Shown: positions 39,040-50,620 of the stretch, in pieces
Numbering within the stretch: the first letter of the stretch is position 1
Layout of the letters: each line of letters begins with the position of its first letter
Source: Podarcis pityusensis
Lineage: Eukaryota
DNA: 64,000 nt
Strand: one strand, 5' to 3'
Assembly: GCA_964106645.2 (NCBI GenBank)
Contig: OZ067047.1
Translations under genes and position numbers: made by a program
The notes under the pieces: generated by a model
What the model saw: the letters and a program-made list of their open reading frames with translations, nothing else
What the model was told of the DNA's origin: nothing
Databases searched by the model: none

Positions 39040-39250
39040 GCTGGCTGTAAATTACTAGTAACGAAGATAGTGCTAGAGAGCCAGGAAATGTTATTGCTCA
39101 ATGTGTATATCCCTCCCACTCCCACTGTCACAGCCAAGAACCTACAATGGGATCTTATTACACATGTGCTTGAGAACCTGGACTCCATCTGCCCTGACTT
39201 ACCTGTCATCTTGACTGGAGACTTTAATGCCCGCCTAGGCCAAGGGTGGG
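39040..39250 (+). pseudogene. Isolated APE-endonuclease fragment of a non-LTR retrotransposon
   Basis: MLLLNVYIPP...PDLPVILTGDFNARLG. Confidence 0.75.
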
Positions 39251-40921
39251 AAGTGTAGAAAAAAATTACTTAAGATCATAATATTCTGCAGGAAAATATG
39301 ACAACATAGAATTAGAACATTTCATCTAGGAAAACTCAAAAACCTGCTTGAATTTGCTTTCACAGGAGGTAGTCATTTTCTTTACAATACTGTATAAGGA
39401 GCAACCAGTTTTTTCCATAATTTACTTCTAGATTCATTTGCAGTTCTCTCTCTTAGACACATTATTTTGGCCATTATATCCAAATCTCCAACTTTATTAA
39501 GCCATTCTGTCCAAGAAGGGAGAAATGTAACTTTCTGGTTTTGAGCCATTAATATTCCTTTCCCAGGCAGATGTTTTTATCTGCCCCCTGCTTTGAGCAC
39601 ATATAACTCTGATAGACATCTTGAAATCTCCACCACCTCTCCCATTCAGAAGCAACCCTTTGGTTTCTAGGATGAATTCTACAGCACAAACGTCTGAACT
39701 CTATTTGTATACTGAACATAATTCATTTTGCTGCTGCCGGCCATGAATTATACATGGCAAACATCTGCAAAACTATGCAGGAGCTGAAGGCAGGGGGATC
39801 TGAAATCCGCCCCAGCCCTTGGGGCTTGGAACCTTGCCCAGGGATGGCTCTGCAGGCACTCACAGGATGGTTAAAGTTTCGGACTAGGACTGGGGAAAAC
39901 CAGGTTTAATTCCCTATTCAGCCAAGTTCTCTAAGTCCACAGCCACACCATACATTTAAAACACTCTTTGGGCTTCCCTCAAAGAGCTGTAGTTTGTTAA
40001 GGGTGCTGAGAGTTGTTAGGAGACCCCAACTCATCTCACAGAGCTACAAATCCCAGAGTTTCCTGTGGAGAGAGATCACCACTCTGTGAATGTGACCAAG
40101 ATGGGCTAGTCACTTCATGCTCTCCAACATTTCTCCATTGAAAATAGGGACTTCCTATTGCATACCTTCCAACATTTCTCAGCTTAAAATAGGGATGTTC
40201 TAAGGAAAAGCTATAAGGCTAGAATGGGAGAACACCTGACACCTTGGAGAAAAGGTGGTACATAAATGTGAGAAGTAAATAGAATACACTTTGTATTCTG
40301 AAGTGCCAGGGGAAGAGATTTCCAGTGATATTTTGCAGAGCTGACCCAGTATACGGCAAGTTCCTATATTCTTATGATTCCCTAAAAGCACAGACTAGCC
40401 AGTGCAGAATTAATATGAAGACATCAAGGACTTTACAACCAATGCCCTTCTCTAGACAACCTGGCACAGGATGGCACGTCCTACTTAAGAGCAATCAGGT
40501 TTTTACATGTGTTGTGATTTAGCTTGATTTTTGGAAGAAGAAGAAAATAAAAGCGCACAAGCCAGTGATTAAAGGAGACATTTTTGGCTGTGCACTTTCA
40601 GAGATGGAAGCTATTTACTTTGATGAGATTGCATCGGTGCTAAATCCCTTCCTTGTCGATTAGTAGGCTGGAATGCACAAGGCTGCTTTTGCTGAAAGCT
40701 CAGCCTGAAAAGAAAGAGAGAGTATTCAAATGCTAGGACTGGGCAGTTAACAGCACATGCAAAAGTAAGTCCTGCTGAATTCTACACCCAGCTGAAGAGA
40801 CAGTGACTGACCCAAGTCAGCTTCCTGGCTGAGTGGAGATTTGAAGTTCCCAGGTCCTATTCCAACATTTTAACCACTACACCATGCAGGCTCTCTTCTC
40901 AGAATGATGCCGACATAGCGC

Positions 40922-41035
40922 CAGGGCCTTTTTCCAGCCAGAATTCACCCAAACTCAGTTCCAGTACCTCTCAGGAGAATGAGGGAGGAGTTCATGGAGA
41001 GTTCTGGCACCTTTTTTCCGAGAAACATAGCACTG
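40922..41035. mobile_element. Short hAT MITE, inverted copy
   Basis: CAGGGC...GCACTG termini; degenerate TSD CATAGCGC/CTTAGTGC; homology to 31187. Confidence 0.7.
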
Positions 41036-41727
41036 CTTAGTGCCACTCTGAGGCATTATGGGAAATTAAACCAGGTGGTGGTAGAAGATCGCTTTAGAAC
41101 ATGCAGATGTATTAGTGTTCTACCAGAAAACAGATCAGTACCAGAACCTCATTTCCATCGTATAAGGGAATTGGGACGATTTGACAGCATTTGGCCCTGT
41201 TTCATCCTGATCTCAGCCCTGGCATTGCAGGACTCTGTGGTCATAGGTCAGTTGTTGATGACAAAGAGGCCATCTCCTCATGCAGAACTAATGTGGCTTT
41301 TGCAAACACTAAGACCTTTTTGTTGCCAGGAGCACAAATATATGAACAAGCCTTCCCACCACACCCCTCTTGCATTCATGGCAACTAGCATTCATTACAG
41401 CTAAGTATATCTCTACGCCTTATTGTCCCAATTACATTATCTTTCCATGTTATGAGTTTATTGCCACAATTACACCAAAGACCAAACAATCCTCAAAGGG
41501 GAACCTCAACAGGAAGGTACATCTTATTGACCCTGGAGACAGACATAGGGAGGAAAGGTAATTCACCAAAGTGCAGAAACACCCAGGCCTAGGAGAGGAA
41601 ACATTTGTTTTCTCCAACTAGCACAAAGGAGGAGCAAAACAGCTGAAATTTCCTTCATATAGGAACATGGGAAGCTGACTTATACTGAATTAGACACTTG
41701 GTCCATTTAGTTCAGTGTTAGCTGCAC

Positions 41728-42182
41728 CAGGGCTGGTTCAAGATGTTCTGCCGCTTGAGGTGAAACTGAAAATGGCACTGTCTCCCCAATACCACCTGAT
41801 GTGGCTGCAGGACACCTGGGGAAGCCCTGGTGCTCTGAAGGTATCAGGGGAGAAAAAAGGAAGATCAGGAGGAGGAGCCACATTCCTCAGGAGCCCTGAT
41901 CTTCTGTCCCCTCCCAGCTGTCCCCAGCCTGCCACCTGAGGTAACTGCCTCATCGAGGCTAATGGGTGGGCCAGCCCTGGTCTCAGGGCCTGCCCAAGAC
42001 ATTTTGGCATCTGAGGCAAACCACAAAATGGTGTCCAGCTCCCTGCCACAGAAGAAGGGGTCAGTGAAGATCTACATCAGGAACAAGGGAGGAGTAAAGA
42101 TCTTCATCAAGATCTGCTACCCCTGTGGATCCTGCCACCTGAGGCAGTTGCCTCCCCTTGCCTCATGAGAGGACCGGCACTG
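41728..42182. mobile_element. hAT-like non-autonomous element nested in a degraded SINE (~41660-42330)
   Basis: CAGGGCTGGT...ACCGGCACTG termini; repeated CTGCCACCTGAGG. Confidence 0.6.
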
Positions 42183-43913
42183 CCTAGTCTACACAAAGAG
42201 GCAGTGGCTTTCTAGGGTTTCAGATTGGATACATTCCCAGTTCCACCTGGAGATGCTATTGAGGACTGGACCCAGGGCATTCTGTACGCAAAGCAGATGG
42301 TCTACCACTGGTCATGGTTCTTTCCCAGCGCTTGCATGTTTGCTCTTTCAAGCTATGTCATGGTTTGGCTTTGAATTATGTGCAAACTTGACCATTGTGC
42401 AATCATCTTGATTGAGATTTTTTTGATTAAAAATGTTAATTTAAATTATTAGACAGTTTTGCTTTGTTTCATTTTTACTGAAAATGCAACAGGACGAGAG
42501 AATGGTTTGCATAATTCATGCTTTGTCCATACTGCCCACCTTCAGACAATAGCAACACCTAGTGGTCACTTTCTGACACTGGTCTTCAGGCATCCTTGTC
42601 CAAAGAGCAGCCAGATTGAACCACTCAGGCCCTGCCTGATCTAAAGCACTTAATTGGCATAAAGGATTTTTGATTTTCCTTTGCATATATTTTTTAAGGA
42701 ATAATCAGATTAGCTTTGGAGGCTGTTTCCTTAAGCGATGCACCCTTCCTGTCCAGGGTGCAGTCTGTGGAGGCCACATGATGCTTGCAGGTGAAACAGA
42801 ATGCTATTGTGGGGCCTGGGAAAGCAAACAGTATTAAATTATGTTTGAGATAGTATTTAGTGACATGGAACTGATTTCCTTGGGGATATAGTGAAGGAGC
42901 CCGTTGAACTATTGTCATTATGTAGCAATATTTAGTCAAAAACCTGCTGGAATTTGAGGGTATATAATGTATCAACACAGCTGCCTGAATTTTTGGACTC
43001 CTTAGGGGCAGCACAACTAAGGACTTTTTTTGTAGGGGTTTTGTAGGGGTTAGGGGGAGAATGCTCTTGTCTTCATGTCTTGCTTGTGGGTTTCCCATGA
43101 GCATCTGGTTGGCCACTGTGAGAACAGGATACTAGGCTAGATGAGCTACTGGTATAATCCAGCAGGCTCCTCTTATGATTGCTGGAATTAATTTAGAGCT
43201 CATTTGTTGTCACTCTTTAAACAATGCAATCAACAAACAAAATGCAAAAGGCTACACATTAGCACATAGATGTTGAGAAACTGCCGTTTCCCCAGTGCTT
43301 CGTTAATTAAATGTGGCTCGAGGCTGAGAGGATGACACACACTCTGCTCAGAAAGTCTATTCCTTAAATCAGGCCAGGCTCTTCTGCCTAAGGGCTGCAC
43401 GGCAGTCAGCGATTCAGCTGGTGAAGAGTGTTCTTCTGTTAGTGCAGGCTGATGTTGAGAGAACGCACTGTTAGGATATAGTTCCATTCCACTTTTAGAA
43501 CAGATGTGTGGATTGTTGTATGTCACATGTCTGTTTACTTCCAGCACAGTCTGCTGGGAACTTCCGCTGTATATTGCTTTTGGCTATACTGCTGTTTGCT
43601 TGGACATGAAGGGAAGCAGACATGTTTTTCTTTTGTCCTGCTGCTGTAAATATGCTTACACATGTCTCTGTCTGACACTTCCGTTGTGAAAAGTTATTCA
43701 CTCTGCTGATTAGAGCGTGCTCAGTCTCTGAAGGCTTCTGAGGCTCGAGTCACTGATTGCTGCTGTTCTGAGAACCGGAGTTCACCCAGCTGCTGGCCAG
43801 TGGCTGGAGCCAGCTGGGGGCCTGCCAAATCTCCCTGGACACATCCCAACACGCACATCCCTTCCAGACATGCAATTGTTAAAAGCATATCAGTCCTGCC
43901 AAGAGTGAGGAAG

Positions 43914-43914
<1 letters not shown>

Positions 43915-43961
<47 letters not shown>
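43915..43961. repeat. (GA)n microsatellite
   Basis: Direct reading. Confidence 0.95.
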
Positions 43962-43966
<5 letters not shown>

Positions 43967-44519
43967 TATAGATCAAGCCCTGATGGGCTATTGGTTTTAC
44001 ATTTAGTCACCACCTAACATGGAAAGTGGTGTAGAGCAGGGATGGGGAATCATTGTTCTACCAGACAATTATTCCCAACTAGGGAGCAATCTCACAAGTA
44101 TTTGGTTCTGGAATTGCTAAGGGCTTTGTATACGAACATCAGAATGTTAAACTTGCCCCTGTAGCACATTGGCAGCCAATGCAGATCATTCAGTGAGGGT
44201 GCTACTGGGCAACAGTAATTGGACTCTAGTTAGCAGCCTAGCTGACACATTCTGCACCAGCTGCAGCTTCCAGAGCAGCCTTGCTCCTAGCTCCCATCAG
44301 CTCCAATCAGCATGGCCAAGCATCAGAGCTGATGGGAGTTGTAGTCCAGCACCATTTCTTGGAGCACAGTCCATCGGTATTTTGGCTTGGTGGATCACAG
44401 TTGTGCAGGCTTACTCCAAGTCATGATGCCGCTACTTAGCCACAACCAATACTTCTTTTTCTTGAGAAATGGCAAGATCAGTCTACAGACACTGTATCTC
44501 ATCTGCGCTGGGCCCCTCC

Positions 44520-44656
44520 CAGTGCTATTTTTCTGGAAAAAGAGGTGCCAGAACTCACCAGGGATGCCTCCCTTGTTCTCTTATAATGGCAATGGCACCC
44601 ACCTGAGAGGTGCCAGAATGCAGTTTTGATGAATTCCGCCTGGAAAAAAAGCTCTG
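44520..44656. mobile_element. Short hAT MITE
   Basis: Homologous to 31187-31312; degenerate 8-bp TSD. Confidence 0.72.
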
Positions 44657-47600
44657 GTCCCTACAAAGTTTGTTTGCGTTCCTGGAAAAAGGCCACATGG
44701 CTTAATATATATTTGAAAGTCTATGTTCATCTAAGAATGTTATCAATAATTAAAAGATGAAAACAATATGATTATGGAAATCAAAGTACCTCTGGGTCTG
44801 CGGGAACATGCAATTGCCTAATGAGCTGCTGGCATCCCGCAATGCGCACTGATCAAGAGCATTCCTTTCTGAGCTATGGCGTTGCACGCTTGAAATGAGC
44901 CATCCCTTCTCCCTCCTAGACAGCGTTGCAGCACTGACATTTTATAATTAAAGAGACAGCATCAAGGTAGTTCTCATAATTTTTTCAAAGTAAAAAATCC
45001 CCCCTCTCACTGTTTATATTAGCTACATGACAAATCCATTTTCTTTACAGTCACCAGAATACCAAACAGGAACTATCTGAACAGCAAGAATAATTCATGT
45101 TCCTTGAGTCTCCCTAATCCATGGTGTAAAGAAACAGCACATTTTGGCAGAGGGAAGCATGCAAACATCAATAAACAGAGACGACGCAGGGTGGGAAACA
45201 GTGGAAGTGATGATGATGATAAAACTGAGCACTTATACGGCACTTTAAATCTTTAACGCAATTGGCAATTGTAGAGCAGTGCTCCCTGTGCATGTCACAG
45301 TGTCCTTGATTCACTGGAACCAGCTTCAGAACAAGAATGCCAGCTGATGGGAGGAAGTAACTGCCCTGGCATCTCAGAATTTGTACACAGGCCACGCTAA
45401 ACTACACAGAGAAATTCTCCTGTCTAGTGCACCCTTTGAATATCAGAAATCTAAGATTAATGCAGGGTTTATTTCCTCAGAGATAAAGTCTGTATACATA
45501 CTCCCATTTACTCAGTATCCAGTGCTGTTTTGGGATGTTAGCTGCAATTCATATCTATCCCAATGTTTTCCATGATGTGTTCCCCTCCCCCCTCCAAACA
45601 GCTTCAATCTGAATTGAGAAAAAGAACGATCTAGCTGTGCTTTGATCCAGTCATGAGTGTAGAGCCTATATCTCCATACCGCTCAACTGTCCCGATTAAG
45701 TCAGGACATCCCATTTTTGGTGTGCTCTTACGTGAGAGCACAGTACCCCAAAACATACATTTTGAGGTGCCGTGCTCTCTTGCAGGTCATATAACTTGCG
45801 AAGGAGCAAAGCCCCAAAAGACGAGTGTCCCAGTTTTCTGCTGGGACATGTTGGCCGGTAAGTATCTCACATGTATTAGTGATAGAAGGCTGAATAACCC
45901 TTTTATCATCCCAAGGGCTGCGTTCCCTTCTGGACAACCTTGTGAGGGGCCACATGCTGCCTGCTGGTGGTGGGTAGAGCGAGAGGCAAAAGTGAGCAGA
46001 GAAACAATGAATGGTTTCCTGCAGTTGGATTATTTCTACAAACACACTTTTCTATCCTTCATCCGGCAGGATTTATGTTGGGGGGTGGGGCGGGGCGGGC
46101 TTCATGTTAGTGAGGGCAGAACCTCAGTTAGTTCTTTTTATTGATTTACTTGATTTAGGGGAGCAGCTGCCTCCCCGCATGCTTGAGGAGGACTCAAAGA
46201 GCCATAGAGAGAGGTCTGGAGGGTACTCTAAGGTACTCCAACCCAGTAGTAATGGGGAAATAAACACTTTGAGGATGACTAAGTAGGGATTAGGGCTACT
46301 CCAGCCACAGTACCACAAGAACCACTTTCCTCCACTGCTGGAGTCAGATTTCAAAATGGGCTTCCTTGACATCCTTTGTAGTCCCACAATAAAGTGCCTT
46401 TAAAATGAAGATATACGGGATGTCTTGGCATTTTGCTCTGCTTTAAATGCAAAGGAATGCATTTATATTAATTGAGCTAAACTCCATTAATTCTTCTAGA
46501 AATGATGAAGCGGCTGCAGCTAATGGTGAAATGAACTTGTTTCAACATCCCCTTCCTATTAGATTTGCCCTGCACCATTCCTCAGGTATCTACTTGACCA
46601 TTTCCACATAGGTAATCTGAGAAACAATTAAAACCTGTGAGTCAAATGGTTCTGTCGTGCTCCAGGTTTACAGATCATGCCACTGGCAAGATTGTTTTGC
46701 TTTTTGCCTCTCTCCCGCCCCCCCTTCTTTATATGGAATATAACTCTAAACTTTAGCTACCTGAAAGCTAAAATAGATGCTGGAGATTATTAACTCCATA
46801 TCCTAATACCGTGAGAGATATGCAGAACAATCCTATTGTGTTTATTCAAATCCCACTGCACTCAGTTATGTTTATTCCCAGATGAGTATGCCCAGGATTG
46901 CAATCTAATTTTTCTTTCTAGCCATCTGCTTTGGGATTAAGCAAGCAGAGATTACCTGCGCTGAGGAATTGGAGGGGGGGGGATGGGGAACCTCTGGCCC
47001 TGCAGAAGTTGCTGGACTCCAACTTTCAATGGCTAAAATAAGCGGTGATGGGATTTGGAGTCCAGCAACATCATCATCCTTTCCTAAGGTCCATTATGCC
47101 ATTAGTCCCAGTGCAGATTTCACAAGCTAGTGTAGATGCACTGATGCTTATGCAATCACCATGATGCTTCTCTTTGTATCATCCATTTTGCCACTAGAGA
47201 GGAAGCATAATAAATCGCAAGCAACTGCCTTTCTGTCCTTTCGAGTTCCTCCTGAAGAAAGGAAATCAATGCCTTGATCTTTTCTTTTGCCTTTTTGAAA
47301 TGCCTGCATTAAAACAGGCAGTGTGAGTGCTGACATTTTGCGTGTGCCCTGAAATTACCCTCCATTCTATATTGCCATTTAAGCAGTTACATGGAGCCCA
47401 CTTCCCAGAGGAAGGCAATCCCCTCCACTGAGACTCAAAGGCATCAGCGTGTGGAAGTATCTCCAGTGCTGCAGACACAGAGGGGTTTGCCTTAATAAAT
47501 TGAGCCCAGTTACTGATGCCCCTTCCCTTAGTGCAATTCTGTGCAATCTAATCTGCACTTTCCAAAGCAATGTGCAAACTAAAACACAGCAGTCCTTTGG

Positions 47601-48602
47601 AAATTGCACTTCTCTGAATTTTGCAATGAAGTTCTCCAGATGAGTAATGAGTAGGAAGAGGTATGTACTAAAGCAAAGTGTGCATAAAAATGCATGTATT
47701 AGTGTGAATATCGCACAAAATGCTTTGTATTAGGGAAAATATAAATATTAGGGAAAATACGCTTTGCAAGAATGTGTGTATCTGGCAAAATTGGATACAA
47801 CAATGTGTGTATTGGGAGAAATTCAAGCGAAAAGGCTTGTGAATCTTCATGAGGACTATTTAAAAATAGAAATTTGCAAAATGATGTGGAAATTGGAAAG
47901 TTGGAAACTTAAAATTGGAAAAATGAGAAACTGAAATTGACAGAGTCATCCATCCCTTTGCACTTGTATGATAAAAATTGTCATGGTGGAGCATCATATC
48001 CAAAGGTAAGCTTTGTTGGCATCCATCTGTCTTCAGAGGCAATGGAGTGCGCCTCTGGGGGTGAAGTCAAACTGCTGCATATGCAGCACCCTAGTGACCT
48101 CCCCAGGGTCTGCAATCTTTGATACTCTAATATCCATCCTTTAATTTCACATTTCAGTAATATCTCTGTGATCAGGGACTGGTTTTTGAGTTCCCTGTTT
48201 TGCTTATGAGGATGCATTTATTTATATTTTAAGTTTCAGCCTACTTGCTTGTGAAGGCTCTGGATGGATACAGTATGTGAAGACACTGATACTGCCCAGT
48301 GACATAACTATTCTCATGGCCATTGCATCACGTTGTGGCCATGGGATAAAACTAGCCTCTTGGCTCTCGCCTGCATCAATATGTAGTGTGCCAGTTGTGT
48401 GCATCTGCCAGGCATAGCCTCCAGCTTTCACCATGCCACTGCAAAGACATTCGTTCAGCATTCATGGTAGGGTGCCTGAAGCTAAATCTAGGCTAAATCC
48501 CATGTAGAACTGCCACCTTGGTGCTTGTAAAATTCTGCTATTATTTGGCATATTTCAGCTCTCAGTCTTCATAATGCTTTTCTTCCTACAACAGCAGAAC
48601 TG

Positions 48603-48603
<1 letters not shown>

Positions 48604-48649
<46 letters not shown>
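48604..48649. repeat. (CT)n microsatellite
   Basis: Direct reading. Confidence 0.95.
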
Positions 48650-48652
<3 letters not shown>

Positions 48653-49003
48653 TCATTTCAGTGAGGCACAGATGGTGTGAAGGTAGTTTGAAATGCCCTA
48701 GTAAAGTCCCACAGCTAGGAGTATTAATCACTATACATTGCTTAATTGGGTAACCTTTATTGTGGTTTAAATAGCAATACCAAGTTGCACCAGCACAGAT
48801 GGTAATCTGTTATTAATTGATTGCTAATAGTAATGAATGGCCCTGCAATATGGGTTTATAATGTTATAAATAAAGCATCTGACAACTATATTAATGGCAG
48901 GCAGCACGCGGAAATGTTCTGGTGGGAGCATTGCTCCCTGACCACATGACCTGCAAGCTGGCACCCAGGACCATGAAAGGGGCTATCATTTAGCCCACAG
49001 TTT

Positions 49004-49005
<2 letters not shown>

Positions 49006-49039
<34 letters not shown>

Positions 49040-49046
49040 ATACACA
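49006..49046. repeat. (CA)n microsatellite
   Basis: Direct reading. Confidence 0.9.
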
Positions 49047-50237
49047 GCATTTGCCCCTTTTGGAGTGAGAAGGGATGATCTTCCACTTGCATGCCTCCTT
49101 TCATTCTTCACAGCCGTGGTGGCTTTGGTGTCCAATGCAAGAGAGAATTGAAGAAGCACAAGGTTGTCTCAAGTAGTCAAAGCTGAGTCCGTGCATCTCC
49201 TACCACCACCACCCTCACTAGGAATATGTGTGTGCTGTGCCATCCCTGCATCTATATAGAATAGGCTCATCATAGGGAGAGGCAGGGGCAGGAGGGGCAG
49301 GCCCACCTTCTAACCTTGGGAAGGGCCATGCACAAGGTCTCAGGTTCAACCTCCCTTAACTCCAGGTGGGACTGGGAGAGAACCCAGCCTGAAATCCTGG
49401 AGAGCTACTGCCAGCAATACTGAGCTAGATGGACCAATAGTCTGAGTGAGTATAAGGCAGGCATCCTATATTCCTAAACCAGGAATGGAAGAGGAAGCAG
49501 AACTCACACATCATCTTTGGCTAGGCTTATCTAGCTGATCAGCAAGGAGCCCTGGCCCAGTACTAAGAACATCAGAGCATAAGACCACTACTGATGTGGA
49601 TGCACCTCCTGGCTCCAGTCTGTCTACATAACCTGTAACCAACAAGTCTGCTGGATAGAGAGTGCATATATTTTGTACACAGATTGGGTCTACTGACATG
49701 ACATAGGGTTGCATCCAACTAAGTTCTGCTTAGAGTAAAAGGTAATCTCACCTACTCTAAGTATGACTATCATTGAATATAACCCACAATAAAAACATGG
49801 AAATTATAAGCATGGCCAGCAGAGGTGATTCTGCTCCATTCTCCATGAGTGTATTGCATTCCCATTTGTACACACCTTTCTAAGAATGGCATGAGCTCAT
49901 TCAGCAAATCTAGCCACAGGAGGTTGGTTCATTAGGACAAAGAAGGCACTGCCCCCACCAGCCTTAGCCTGCCTCTCAGCCTGCCTCTCAGCCAGCCCCC
50001 ACCTGCCCAACTTCCTGTCTTCCTACTTACAAACAATCCAAGGGATGGCACTTTGTCAGCTTCCCCCTTAGTTTCAGAGTTGCCCTTGTAGAACTCAACA
50101 AGGAGGAAGATGGGGACCAAAACCAGGAGAAGTTGGCTCTGCTTATCAGTTGCTTTGCCTGCTCTGTGCAATTGAGGTTCTACATCATCTGGGGAAATTC
50201 TTCCCTCTTCACTGCAGACCTTTGCCCTCCAACACAT

Positions 50238-50607
50238 TGAAATATACTCAGAGTCGCAAAGTGATTTCATGCTCTTTATTCAGCTCATAGTGGTGAGGAG
50301 GAATGAATAAATGTCCCCTCACAGTATCTGCTTTATATACATTATTTACACAATGGGCTGCACATGATTGGCTAATTCTGGAATTCTACTGTAAGCCAAT
50401 CAGGTTGTGGATTCACTTCTATCTGGAGCAGGATTGGGTGGTTCCTGCCAACCAATCATACTGCTGCATTGTTCTAGGACCAATCAGACTGCTGCATTCT
50501 GAATCCTATTGTTCTAGGACCAATCAGACTGCTGCCTTTTGGATCCTATTGTTCTAGGACCAATCAGACTGCTACAGTTTGGATCCTATTCAACTCAGTA
50601 CATAACA
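50238..50607 (-). repeat. 3' LTR of the Gypsy element
   Basis: Follows the PPT; minus-strand TATATAAAG (~50331-50339) and AATAAA (50275-50280). Confidence 0.95.
50468..50590. promoter_or_regulatory. Three 40-bp tandem repeats, each with a CCAAT box, in LTR U3 (also at 55050-55172)
   Basis: Unit ATTGTTCTAGGACCAATCAGACTGCTGCATTCTGAATCCT (with variants) starting at 50468, 50508 and 50548. Confidence 0.8.
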
Positions 50608-50620
50608 CCCCTCCCCTCTA
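50608..50620 (-). other. Polypurine tract
   Basis: TAGAGGGGAGGGG directly before the 3' LTR; overlaps the pol TAG stop. Confidence 0.9.

Noticed and set aside
50303-50557. Duplicated 84-aa ORF (also 54885-55139)
   Set aside because: It only reflects the identical LTRs; it is antisense, built from tandem repeats and has no protein-level support.
50468-50590. CRISPR-like appearance of regularly spaced repeats
   Set aside because: These are tandem LTR repeats with no unique spacers, in eukaryotic DNA with no cas genes.
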